Shown piece after piece: positions 38,774 to 48,484 of a stretch of 64,000 nucleotides of DNA. Position 1 is the stretch's first letter; each line of letters opens with the position of its first letter. The stretch covers positions 49,951 to 113,950 of IMG/VR virus record IMGVR_UViG_3300042882_000881. The stretch is one strand, 5' to 3'. The notes beneath the pieces were generated by a model. The model did no database searches and was not told where the DNA came from. It saw nothing but the letters and a program-made list of their open reading frames with translations. This DNA comes from a virus. The position numbers and the translations under genes are program-made.

Positions 38774-39313
38774 TCAATTAGTTTTTGATTGATATGGGAC
38801 TACTGATATATTTCTGCCATTTTTGAAAAACATAGTGCCAGGATTTTTTCTACTTGGATAAGCAGCTTCATCAGAACCAAAATCATCCTGTTGATTATCT
38901 GGATATCCAAAATCATATTTACCAGTAAGAACATTCAACTTACCATTTACAAATGCTGTATGCTGTAATCTGGTACGATATGAAATAATCGGATGAATAG
39001 AGGAAGTTAAATTTGGAGCAAGATTACCTGGTGATAGTAAAACGTCAGAAGATTGAGCGGCTATGGTTTTTGTTGCTCTTTTGATTAATGGTCTTTTGCT
39101 GTTATATGGAACTGGAGTTAAAACCGATTGTGTAGCATTGGTTACATTAACACCATCGACTATTGTTGAAGCAAAAGGAAATTCATAGGTTCTTCTTTTG
39201 TTGTAGAATGTTTTTATTGACTGAGCATTATCTGAGTATGGAACACCAGAGTTTAGTGCGACTCCGCCATTATTTTTGATGCTATCATTGTATGATGGAT
39301 TGTATATAGACAT
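38774..39313 (-). CDS. Hypothetical protein, probably structural
   Basis: AAAGGT RBS; downstream of a GGTGTAT motif. Confidence 0.55.
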   Translation of the reverse strand: MSIYNPSYNDSIKNNGGVALNSGVPYSDNAQSIKTFYNKRRTYEFPFASTIVDGVNVTNATQSVLTPVPYNSKRPLIKRATKTIAAQSSDVLLSPGNLAPNLTSSIHPIISYRTRLQHTAFVNGKLNVLTGKYDFGYPDNQQDDFGSDEAAYPSRKNPGTMFFKNGRNISVVPYQSKTN

Positions 39314-39344
39314 ATTTTTACCTTTAGTAAGAGATACAATATAA

Positions 39345-39359
39345 CTTGTTATACACCCA
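39345..39359 (-). promoter_or_regulatory. Putative phage late-promoter motif
   Basis: GGGTGTATAAC in an intergenic gap. Confidence 0.45.
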
Positions 39360-39362
39360 ATT

Positions 39363-40025
39363 TTATTTTTTGTTATTATAATTGAATAAGACGATATCTT
39401 TAATTATATCTATAGAGCCGCTTCTTACGGCGTAAAACTTTTGGCCAAATATCATTTCAAAATGATGATTATTCCAAAAATTAGCAGATAATATAACTTT
39501 TAGATTATCAAAATGACCTTTTAAAAATTGAGAGGCTATGATATAATCGGCTAAATTATCTATTCTATATCCTGATCCTGGAACAATGGTTGTAATATCT
39601 GCTGCTATAAGGATCTCGCACATCTTCTTTAAATAATTATGATCAAATATTCTATATTCTAATATATATCTTATTTTTGACGGATCAATATGTTCTTTTT
39701 GACACTTGATATCTTCTCTAATCTTATCATATTTTCGATTGGTAAGATAAGATGCTGGTAATACGATATCTATCATATCCGCACCATTTTTTAATGCCCA
39801 AGATGTTAATGATGCTCTTGACTTTATATCAGAAAATCCTAAAGGATAATCAATTACGCATGAAATTTTTTTATTCTCGGCCAATAAGCCCTTAGTTAAT
39901 TTAAGAAAATATTGGGGAATTACTATAGTATCAATTTCATTAATTTTATTAATTTCGTCTTTAATCAAATTAGACAGTTCGTTATCTGTTAAATCGCATG
40001 ATGTATTAACATATTCTAATTGCAT
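39363..40025 (-). CDS. DeoC (deoxyribose-phosphate aldolase)-like protein lacking catalytic lysines
   Basis: CVIDYPLG, GADMIDIV and RYILE are present; KTSTG is replaced by IVPGSG. Confidence 0.7.
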   Translation of the reverse strand: MQLEYVNTSCDLTDNELSNLIKDEINKINEIDTIVIPQYFLKLTKGLLAENKKISCVIDYPLGFSDIKSRASLTSWALKNGADMIDIVLPASYLTNRKYDKIREDIKCQKEHIDPSKIRYILEYRIFDHNYLKKMCEILIAADITTIVPGSGYRIDNLADYIIASQFLKGHFDNLKVILSANFWNNHHFEMIFGQKFYAVRSGSIDIIKDIVLFNYNNKK

Positions 40026-40687
40026 TTGAGACTTTCTATTGTAGGATATTTCTTTGATCCTAAAATACCATCCGCAAAACCATAATACACCGCTTCATCA
40101 GCATCTAATAACCAATCGCACTTATTTGAAATTTGACTCACAAGATGTTTTTTAATTATATGTGGACTATTCTTCCATTTTTTTTCTTTTGCTATTGGAC
40201 TCTTTAAACATCTATCTACAAATATATTCACCATTTTATCAGTTTCTTTTTCGCTCCACTGAACGCTACTAGCAGCAGCCTTGCTATGCTCATTATCAAA
40301 ACTGATACTTCCATAATGAATTAATAATGTTGCATTTGGCATCATTATTCTTTGATGTCCAGCTTGAAATAATACTCCGCTAGCAGATTGTATTTTTCCA
40401 TATCCAAGAATTGTGGTTCTACATTTGGATAGTTTTAAGGTATCATACATAGATAAGCAGTCTTCCCAATCTCCACCAGGAATATGCATGTGTATTAATA
40501 TCGGCTCTTGAGAATTAAATGATAAGAATCTTATATTTTTTTCTAAAATTACAGATGCTCTATAATCAACTCCACTATCTTCTTCTCCATCAAAATATGA
40601 ATGTAAAAATATTTCCCTTTGTTCAGGTATAATACTATTATTATGTAAGCAATTTAATTGATCATGTATTGATAGCTGTTGATTCAT
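40016..40687 (-). CDS. clpP: ClpP-family protease
   Basis: PGG, SAS (Ser), R...PNA..LIH (His), DWLLDADEAVYYGFAD (Asp). Confidence 0.85.
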   Translation of the reverse strand: MNQQLSIHDQLNCLHNNSIIPEQREIFLHSYFDGEEDSGVDYRASVILEKNIRFLSFNSQEPILIHMHIPGGDWEDCLSMYDTLKLSKCRTTILGYGKIQSASGVLFQAGHQRIMMPNATLLIHYGSISFDNEHSKAAASSVQWSEKETDKMVNIFVDRCLKSPIAKEKKWKNSPHIIKKHLVSQISNKCDWLLDADEAVYYGFADGILGSKKYPTIESLKCN

Positions 40688-41066
40688 TTTTATATTCTAT
40701 ATATGAGTATAGTTTACTATTTATATCTGACATTACATCTCTATCATTAAATCCTTTGCCAACGCTTATTCTAAATCTATATCTTGTATAGATATCTAAA
40801 GTTTCAACTCCTTCTACATTTTCAACTAATGAAACAATATTATGTGATATTGTAAAATTAGTATGACCTAACCAAAATTTAAAAATTTTAGAAGCATCTG
40901 TATTTTCTGACATTGGAATCAAACCCATAGGAGTTACCATAACTCTGGATTTTGTTATTTCAATATCATCATTTTCTTCTTCATTATTCTCCCAATTGTT
41001 ATCTTCTTCATCAGTACCATATGGATCCTTCCATTTTTCCCATATTATTAATGGTTTATTATTCAT
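40662..41066 (-). CDS. Hypothetical protein
   Basis: ORF in operon (W.GHTNF...GVE.L....RY). Confidence 0.6.
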   Translation of the reverse strand: MNNKPLIIWEKWKDPYGTDEEDNNWENNEEENDDIEITKSRVMVTPMGLIPMSENTDASKIFKFWLGHTNFTISHNIVSLVENVEGVETLDIYTRYRFRISVGKGFNDRDVMSDINSKLYSYIEYKNESTAINT

Positions 41067-41407
41067 TGAGAAAATACTTTGGTTGGACTTATATATGGAT
41101 TATTGTTATTTAGATTTTTATTTTTAACCCAATAATGAATTATTTCTTCTATGATAGTACTATATTGTGGATTTGATTTGCTAAAATCGACCAACATATT
41201 GGCAATAGGCTCTTCTAAATTACCAGAGTTTATACTATATAATAGTTCACCAATAGATTTTCCAACATTCTCCATACTAGGATCAAGATCTAATGCTATT
41301 GATATTTTATTATTCTCATTAAGAGATAATATTATCTTATTAACAAATTTCTCTTTTTTATTTTTTTGGAAAAAATTGAGATTGAACATTATTTTAAGTT
41401 TTGGCAA
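41063..41407 (-). CDS. Hypothetical protein
   Basis: ORF in operon; start is probably 41389. Confidence 0.5.
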   Translation of the reverse strand: MPKLKIMFNLNFFQKNKKEKFVNKIILSLNENNKISIALDLDPSMENVGKSIGELLYSINSGNLEEPIANMLVDFSKSNPQYSTIIEEIIHYWVKNKNLNNNNPYISPTKVFSQ

Positions 41408-41796
41408 ACCTCGAAAATATTTGAACTATAATCATTAGGTAATTCATAATTAAATTCTATCCAATAAAAATCATCTTTTACAGGCGGAATTGGGTCAACT
41501 AGACACCCATATACTGTTTGAATATCAGTATCATTGAAATCTTTATTAAGTTTTTTATAAGCATTGGCCAAATTTGAGGAATGTAATGTTATAATTTGTG
41601 GTAAAATTCCAAGTGTATGCATAGGAATTATAGACCGTATATATTCTGATAAAGAATTTTTAATCTTATTTTTATTAAGATCATCTAACGATATTTGTGG
41701 TATGCAAATTTCATTATTACATTTTGATAAGATATATTTCTTTTCTGTTTTTATATCAACAGAAATTATGAATAGATTAAGATAAATTTTACTCAT
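41389..41796 (-). CDS. Hypothetical protein, possibly a degenerate Nudix fold
   Basis: The beta pattern suggests Nudix, but there is no Nudix box. Confidence 0.4.
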   Translation of the reverse strand: MSKIYLNLFIISVDIKTEKKYILSKCNNEICIPQISLDDLNKNKIKNSLSEYIRSIIPMHTLGILPQIITLHSSNLANAYKKLNKDFNDTDIQTVYGCLVDPIPPVKDDFYWIEFNYELPNDYSSNIFEVCQNLK

Positions 41797-42427
41797 TTGG
41801 ATTCACCATCATTTCTTTTAATTTAGCTATAGTCTTGTTTATATTTTGTCTAACGGCTTCTCTTGTTACTCCGAACTGATTACCGATCTTTTCTAATGTT
41901 AGACCCTTAAAATAGTATAATTCAATATATTGCTTCTGTTTATCACTAAGCAAATCGCTCTCTAATAGAGATTTTATATCATCGCACAAATCAGAATTAG
42001 TCTCTTTATCACAAAGAGCTTCTCCTGGATCTACACACCTTGTATCTTCAAGAAAATCAAAATTATTTCTATTATCACATGAGCTAATAGTTTCATCTAA
42101 TGAAAATGTTTTTGGTCGTTTCTTTCTTTTTGAAACTAAAGTTTTTATAGCCCAAATAGCACATTGATTTCTATAAGAGTAAAGATCTTTCTTTCTTCCT
42201 TCTTTGCTTTGATATTCATTATCCCATCTCCAATCAGCCATCATTATAGCATTAGCAACATAAGATATAACATCTTCTGTATTAAGAAGCTTTTTATTAT
42301 ACTGACTAGACAATTTTGATACTATCTTCTTAGCCATCAATATATAATCGTATAGTGGCAAGAATTCTGTGTCCTTGTATTCTCTATACTTTAGTTTCTG
42401 ATCGCCTATACCACCTATATCTAACAT
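41789..42427 (-). CDS. Phage RNA polymerase sigma factor (sigma70 family)
   Basis: Region 4 LSDKQK...LTLEKIGNQFGVTREAVRQ; diverged region 2 EDVIS...LYSYRNQCAIWAI. Confidence 0.85.
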   Translation of the reverse strand: MLDIGGIGDQKLKYREYKDTEFLPLYDYILMAKKIVSKLSSQYNKKLLNTEDVISYVANAIMMADWRWDNEYQSKEGRKKDLYSYRNQCAIWAIKTLVSKRKKRPKTFSLDETISSCDNRNNFDFLEDTRCVDPGEALCDKETNSDLCDDIKSLLESDLLSDKQKQYIELYYFKGLTLEKIGNQFGVTREAVRQNINKTIAKLKEMMVNPNE

Positions 42428-43065
42428 ATTTTTTTAATTCCTTTATTTAGTTTTTTCCATTTATTATTAACATTGTCCCAACATACCAACAGATTCTTAT
42501 TTATTAAACACGCATCACTGTTATTGTATTTAAATAAATTTGTATTTGGATTTATTATATATGTATTATTATTATAATATATTTCCTTCTTTTTATAAAA
42601 GTATGATTTCAGAAAATCTATAAAATTATCATCTAGATCATTGAAACATAAGAAAGTGCAAGATGAAGTCTTACAATTCACACAACCAATATTAGCAAGA
42701 TGGCATATATTGCCGAATGTCTTATGATCTGATATAGAATTTTTTCTTATAAATTCATTTATTGAAAGATTTTTTTCTTTGATCGTTATTGATTTTTTAG
42801 GAAATAGAACTATTGATTTTTTATGATGACATGGTAGAAAGAATATGTCATTAAGATATTTTTTATTAAATAGTTTATCTATATTTATTAGACAATATCT
42901 ATTTACAATTAAATTTATATCACACAAAGAGATATCTTTTAGCTTAGAAGCATCATTTATGATACTAATTTCTACATCATCCCTGTCAGCTATTTGTGCT
43001 GTTAAAAAACTAATAAATGGTATAAAATTTATATGTTGTTTATTAACTAAAATTCCTAATTTCAT
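42421..43065 (-). CDS. Hypothetical protein
   Basis: 214-aa ORF, very AT-rich. Confidence 0.45.
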   Translation of the reverse strand: MKLGILVNKQHINFIPFISFLTAQIADRDDVEISIINDASKLKDISLCDINLIVNRYCLINIDKLFNKKYLNDIFFLPCHHKKSIVLFPKKSITIKEKNLSINEFIRKNSISDHKTFGNICHLANIGCVNCKTSSCTFLCFNDLDDNFIDFLKSYFYKKKEIYYNNNTYIINPNTNLFKYNNSDACLINKNLLVCWDNVNNKWKKLNKGIKKIC

Positions 43066-43080
43066 TATCCTAAATTTATA

Positions 43081-43551
43081 TTACTTGGTTAGCTTTTTCC
43101 ATTGCTCTGAATCTGGCCTGTCTTTATCACCTGGTTTTGCAGGTTTATACTTCTTGCCTTCTCGTTCTTTTTTCTTTCTAATGTTATCCCATAACCCAGG
43201 TTTCGATCCAGCGTCACTATCATTATCGGATCCTTCTGATACGAACATGACAAAATCGTGGATCGTTCTCATATAATCCTCAGTAATGGCGATTTTACCC
43301 TGTAGCCAGCTTTCTGTCAAGTTTTCTGCTACAGTTGGATCTTCAAGATTTTCTAATATTCTTTGAGCATGAGACATTATGGCTTTTATGGAACCAACAC
43401 TCATATCATAAAAATCTTTTTTATATTCCATCATTTCCATGTCTGGACTTTCAATTTCGATATCTTCTACTTTTAGAAAGTCACCTTCTTCAGCTTTATT
43501 TTTAATAATTTCTTTTTGAATATTATTCATTATGGGTCTTAGTCTATCCAT
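43081..43551 (-). CDS. Phage hypothetical protein
   Basis: GGAG RBS; ESWLQGKI and GLWDNIRKKK motifs. Confidence 0.6.
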   Translation of the reverse strand: MDRLRPIMNNIQKEIIKNKAEEGDFLKVEDIEIESPDMEMMEYKKDFYDMSVGSIKAIMSHAQRILENLEDPTVAENLTESWLQGKIAITEDYMRTIHDFVMFVSEGSDNDSDAGSKPGLWDNIRKKKEREGKKYKPAKPGDKDRPDSEQWKKLTK

Positions 43552-43563
43552 TTTATATCTCCA

Positions 43564-44076
43564 TTACCATGCTTTACAGGACCAGTATTTTGCTTTCCAC
43601 TTTGGGCCGGGGCTATCACAATTATGTCTTGCTCTAAAACTTTTTCTACGCTCCGGTATATTTTTCTTTATTTTCATATTTGGATCGCCAAAGTTCACTT
43701 TTACAATATTGCCTTTGTCATTCTTAACATAAACACTAGACTTTTTTGGTCCATCTGGTGTTCTAAAAGGCTTGTTTAGCTGAACCTTCCGTCCTTGGTA
43801 TTCGGCAGCCTCTGACATGAATATTAAATGACGACCATTTTTTTGATAAGAACTTCTTCTTTCAAAGTAGTATATCTCATTTGTAACAGGATCTCTATAT
43901 GCGTATTTTGCAATTGATAAGTCTATTTCTTCTACTTCTTCGCCAAGATCGAAATATTCTTCATCTTTGGGTATATACATCGTTTCTAAAGACTCAACAT
44001 ATTCTTCTGAACCATACATTTCATTATACAATGAATTCTGAACTTGTTCAAGTATTGATGATTTAGGTGTTGACAT
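43564..44076 (-). CDS. DUF6321-like phage protein
   Basis: VKVNFGDPNM...RRKSFRARHNC...YWSCKAW. Confidence 0.6.
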   Translation of the reverse strand: MSTPKSSILEQVQNSLYNEMYGSEEYVESLETMYIPKDEEYFDLGEEVEEIDLSIAKYAYRDPVTNEIYYFERRSSYQKNGRHLIFMSEAAEYQGRKVQLNKPFRTPDGPKKSSVYVKNDKGNIVKVNFGDPNMKIKKNIPERRKSFRARHNCDSPGPKWKAKYWSCKAW

Positions 44077-45154
44077 ATATTATCTCCGCCGTATTATTCC
44101 ATGAATATTTATTACTAGTATCAATACCATTAGGGTTTGATCTGATATCATTATTATACACATATCTCATATGTTCAACAATATTATCTATCTGATTTTG
44201 ACCTATTTTTGCCCATTGTCCTTGACCAAAGAACCATTTATTATCATTGGCCAATTCATCATCATCTATATCTACTAAAAATGAATTGTTTTGATCACAA
44301 TAATGAGTATGTGCTGAATAATTAGTTACTATACATGGTTTATTCATACTCATAGCTTCCAATATTTCATTATTCCAACCTTCTGCTCTTGATATAAAAA
44401 CTCCGCAATCACAATCAGCTATAATATTTGCTAAATCATATTGCGTTGGAAATCTATTAAAGACTTTAATTTTATTAGAGAGTTTGTTGTTATTCACAAG
44501 ATTGAGCCAAAATCTTGTTTCTGACTCATTTAGGAATGGATTGTGAGGACATAGCCATAATTCTACATTATCATGACTATTAAAAGCTTGTTCAAAACAT
44601 TGTAATAAAATATCTTGAGATTTTCTTTTTTCCCATTTTCCAATATGAAAAAATCTATACAAAGAATTAGGTTTTTTTGTGGATTGTTTTCTAAATTGTT
44701 GATGACTTTTTAAGGTTGGCAAAAATATTGATCTATCAACACCGAGAGGACAAACAATAATAGGTATAGTAACTCCATTTTCAATTAAAACTTGTTTGGA
44801 CCAATCAGTAGCAGTAAATACATTATCACAGGAATTTATTTGATGAACTTCTATTTTAGATAAAGTATCTAATTCAAAAAAAGGGAAGCTATAATATGTG
44901 CCTTTTCCTACTCTTGATGCTAGATCATGTTGATGCCATATTTTTAATGTTGATGCATTATAGTCAAAATATTGAGCATTATGAATACATTTTTTAATTA
45001 CTGATACATCATGATCCGAATTTAGTCCACTAGGTTGATTTCCTATAGGAAATAACGATACTTCACATTTATTATTTAAATTATGTAATATATTTAATGA
45101 TGTGATGCCGTATCCAGTATATCCTAATGGACACATTAAATTAATTTTTTTCAT
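44063..45154 (-). CDS. GT4-family glycosyltransferase
   Basis: TGYG, GKWEKRK, SRAEGWNNEILEAM...TNYSAH. Confidence 0.85.
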   Translation of the reverse strand: MKKINLMCPLGYTGYGITSLNILHNLNNKCEVSLFPIGNQPSGLNSDHDVSVIKKCIHNAQYFDYNASTLKIWHQHDLASRVGKGTYYSFPFFELDTLSKIEVHQINSCDNVFTATDWSKQVLIENGVTIPIIVCPLGVDRSIFLPTLKSHQQFRKQSTKKPNSLYRFFHIGKWEKRKSQDILLQCFEQAFNSHDNVELWLCPHNPFLNESETRFWLNLVNNNKLSNKIKVFNRFPTQYDLANIIADCDCGVFISRAEGWNNEILEAMSMNKPCIVTNYSAHTHYCDQNNSFLVDIDDDELANDNKWFFGQGQWAKIGQNQIDNIVEHMRYVYNNDIRSNPNGIDTSNKYSWNNTAEIIYVNT

Positions 45155-46271
45155 ATATTTTATTATGAGTATTATTTACTTGTATAAATGTTGTTTTTTT
45201 ACCAAAGTCTTTGATCTTATTAGCTCCGATATATGTACAGGCACTTCTTAATCCACCATAAATATCTTGAACAATTTCTTCTGCTTTACCTTTATATGGT
45301 ACAGTAACACACTTTCCTTCTGCTGTTCTATATTCAGCAACTCCATTGTGGTGTTTATTCATAGCTTTTTCAGAGCTCATACCATAATATTTTAGAGATA
45401 TTTTTCTTTTTATATTATCATGTTCTGGATCAATTGGTTGCCAAAATCCAGGAGCACATGATCCTGCTTCTACTAAATATTCATATTTCCATTCTCCTTC
45501 GCACTCATCTGTACCAGCAAATATGCTGCCCAACATGACAAAATCAGCATTTGCACCAAATGCCTTACAAATATCGCCGACTACTTTACATCCTCCATCA
45601 GAACAAACGTGTCCACCAAGACCATGAGCAGCGTCAGAACATTCCATTACAGCACTCAATTGAGGGTATCCAACGCCAGTTTTTAAACGAGTGGTACATA
45701 CACTACCCGAACCTATACCAACCTTTACTATATCAACTTGACCATGAATAATCAATTCTTCTGTCATTTCCTGAGTAACAACATTTCCGGCCATAATAAT
45801 CGACTCTGGATATAAACTTCTTATTTTATGAGCAATTTTAACAAATTGTTCTGTGTAGCCATTTGCAACATCCAAACATATATTCGGGGTGGGAAAGTTA
45901 TATTTATGAATTTGATTAAATACTTCAATTAATTTTTCCAAATCCTTTTGACTTGTGCCAATAGAATAAAATGCAAGACTTTTATTTATAACACTAGGAT
46001 CTGTATAAAAAGCAACATATTCATTAATCTTATAGTGCTTGTGCAAACATACTATAGCTTGAAATGTCGATAGTGATCTTGCCATATCAAAAGTTCCGAC
46101 AGTATCCATATTGGCCACCATAATCGGCACCGCTAATAATTTTCGTGGAGAATACTTAAATTTAAATTCTCGCTGGATACAAACTTCTGATCGACTATTA
46201 AGAGTTGATCTTTTAGGACGAATAAGAACATCGTCAAAATCAAGCTTTATTTCATTAATTATTTTTTGCAT
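45141..46271 (-). CDS. guaC: GMP reductase
   Basis: KLDFDDVLIRPKRSTL.SR, ANMDTVG, CLDVANGY, GIGSGSVCTTR, LRSACTY.GA. Confidence 0.95.
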   Translation of the reverse strand: MQKIINEIKLDFDDVLIRPKRSTLNSRSEVCIQREFKFKYSPRKLLAVPIMVANMDTVGTFDMARSLSTFQAIVCLHKHYKINEYVAFYTDPSVINKSLAFYSIGTSQKDLEKLIEVFNQIHKYNFPTPNICLDVANGYTEQFVKIAHKIRSLYPESIIMAGNVVTQEMTEELIIHGQVDIVKVGIGSGSVCTTRLKTGVGYPQLSAVMECSDAAHGLGGHVCSDGGCKVVGDICKAFGANADFVMLGSIFAGTDECEGEWKYEYLVEAGSCAPGFWQPIDPEHDNIKRKISLKYYGMSSEKAMNKHHNGVAEYRTAEGKCVTVPYKGKAEEIVQDIYGGLRSACTYIGANKIKDFGKKTTFIQVNNTHNKIYEKN

Positions 46272-48484
46272 ATCTTATCGCATTCCTTATAAAAACATGA
46301 TACAAATTTGTCTATACTAAGATTATCTCTTAATTTATTATTTTCTTTTAAATATACATGAGCTTCTTTGATTCGATCTAAATTATTTGATAAAGACGAA
46401 GCTTGATTAATATCTCTAAAATATAGGGGATAGTCTTCTCCCAAGTATTCAACTATTGATGGAAGTTTATTAACTAATAGTGGCGTTGATGATGCTATGC
46501 ACTCTACTACAGTATTGCTTGCTGCACAATCATAAAAATTAACATAGACTAGTGATGATTGTAATATCTTATCAAAGTATTCATTGCTAGAATTAGTTAT
46601 GTAAACTTGATTAATTGATCCTGACTGCTTATTTACAATTAAATTATTTATATCTATAATATTTTGCTGACTAAGTATATCTTTTTTTCCAAGAACTATA
46701 TTCTCTATGTCAAGCATTCTTGCTGCAAAATTATGTCCATAAAGCCATATCTTATTTAAGTTAGTATTGAGTTCCCAAAAAGAATGCATTTTTCTCATCC
46801 AGTATCCGATTTGGGTAATATTTTTAGATTCTAAAAACATTTCGTATTTCCAAACTTTTGATTCTGGAAGATACGGAAAAGGATGCTTTAGGCTTTTTAT
46901 TTTTATATCTAGATCATATTTATCGAATAAAATTTCTAGTTCATTTTTTAGATTATCACTCAATACGAATATTAATTCACAATTATCTAGTGATTCCAAG
47001 AAATCTTTATTATGTAATAGAGATTTTATATTTTGATTATAGTCAAACCATCGTGGCATATTTATTGGATTATGCAAAAATCCAATCCAGCTATTAGTTT
47101 TGTATGTTTCTATTTTTTGAAACATAATATCTTTTTTAAAAGAATCGTCACACCTTATTGGTTCCCACGAATTGGTATCATTACTCCATATAAAACGGTT
47201 CGTATTATCTGTAAAAATATCGGTACCATTACTAGAAAATAGATTATATCCTCTTACTAAGCCATATTTTTTATTATTAAGAATTATTGATATATTATCA
47301 TTATCATTTCTGAATGTATGTTCAATAAAATCATTACAATATAAATCGTTAGTAGATTTATTCTTTGTGATAGTATTATTTTTTTGCAGATTTGACATTA
47401 CCCAGGGCCAGCCAAATCTATGAGAGAATTGGGTTTCCTTAATCAGAAGATTATCTAATTGTTCATTTTTATTTTTATTTTTTTTCTGACGATTATTTTT
47501 AGATACAGAAATATCAATATGTTGAAGATACTTTTGAAATTCAGAAGTAAAATAATCTATTGTTAGTTCTGTTTTTGGTTTATTTTTTAAATATTCAGCA
47601 GAGGTTTGGATGCTGTCATAGGTTAGTAGATCAGATATTTCTGAGGAATCTTTAAAATAAGATGGATAGTCTTTACCAAGATATTCTATAATAGCAGGAT
47701 GCTTATTTATTACCAGCGGAGTATTTCTGATCATTGATTCAATGATAGCATTATTGCATGAGGTATCATATAAATCTAGCAGAACTACCGATTGCTCCAA
47801 TATCTTGTCGTAGAAATTATTATCTTGCCAAGTTAATATTTTAACTCTGGTTTTATCAATATCAATAGACTTGTAAGATATTTCTCTTTCAAGATTGTCT
47901 ATAGCCATCTCTAAGTGTGACGGTAGTAATATTTTATCAATTTTTTTATTCGCAGATGTTGTGAATATGGTTGATAAATTTCTTAAAAAGTACCCAATGG
48001 ATAATAACTTTATCCCAGAGTCATTGTAGAATGTCTTAAACTTATTAAAGTTCCAATCATATAATCCGAATTCTGTTGGATGTTTTAATGAAAAAATTGG
48101 AATGTTCTTGAACTGACTAAAATTTTTCTCAAGATAGCTTTTAAGATATTCTGATAAAACAAAAATTCCCTTACAGTTTTCTAAAGATGATAGAAATACT
48201 TCTGTATTTAAGAAGTTATGTATATCTATAGACTCTCTATAATTTTCTTCATACCACGGACATATTTTTGGAGGATGATGTAGGAATCCTATCCATGGTT
48301 TTTTATATGGTATTATTTTTTTCTTCAGATTAGTATCAAAATTGTATCCAAAAGTTATATCTATAAAATCATCCAATAGAATACTATCATATGAATGAAA
48401 CTTCATTAGATTATGCATAACATATCCCCAACCAGATCTATGGGCAGAGAAATATGTCGGATTAGATATATTAACCGTTTTCAT
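46259..48484 (-). CDS. Tandem two-domain GT-B-like protein
   Basis: Two copies of HR.GW...WIGFLH...LKHP...IGY..R...TPL..NK.P.I.EYLG.DYP.YF. Confidence 0.6.
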   Translation of the reverse strand: MKTVNISNPTYFSAHRSGWGYVMHNLMKFHSYDSILLDDFIDITFGYNFDTNLKKKIIPYKKPWIGFLHHPPKICPWYEENYRESIDIHNFLNTEVFLSSLENCKGIFVLSEYLKSYLEKNFSQFKNIPIFSLKHPTEFGLYDWNFNKFKTFYNDSGIKLLSIGYFLRNLSTIFTTSANKKIDKILLPSHLEMAIDNLEREISYKSIDIDKTRVKILTWQDNNFYDKILEQSVVLLDLYDTSCNNAIIESMIRNTPLVINKHPAIIEYLGKDYPSYFKDSSEISDLLTYDSIQTSAEYLKNKPKTELTIDYFTSEFQKYLQHIDISVSKNNRQKKNKNKNEQLDNLLIKETQFSHRFGWPWVMSNLQKNNTITKNKSTNDLYCNDFIEHTFRNDNDNISIILNNKKYGLVRGYNLFSSNGTDIFTDNTNRFIWSNDTNSWEPIRCDDSFKKDIMFQKIETYKTNSWIGFLHNPINMPRWFDYNQNIKSLLHNKDFLESLDNCELIFVLSDNLKNELEILFDKYDLDIKIKSLKHPFPYLPESKVWKYEMFLESKNITQIGYWMRKMHSFWELNTNLNKIWLYGHNFAARMLDIENIVLGKKDILSQQNIIDINNLIVNKQSGSINQVYITNSSNEYFDKILQSSLVYVNFYDCAASNTVVECIASSTPLLVNKLPSIVEYLGEDYPLYFRDINQASSLSNNLDRIKEAHVYLKENNKLRDNLSIDKFVSCFYKECDKICKK

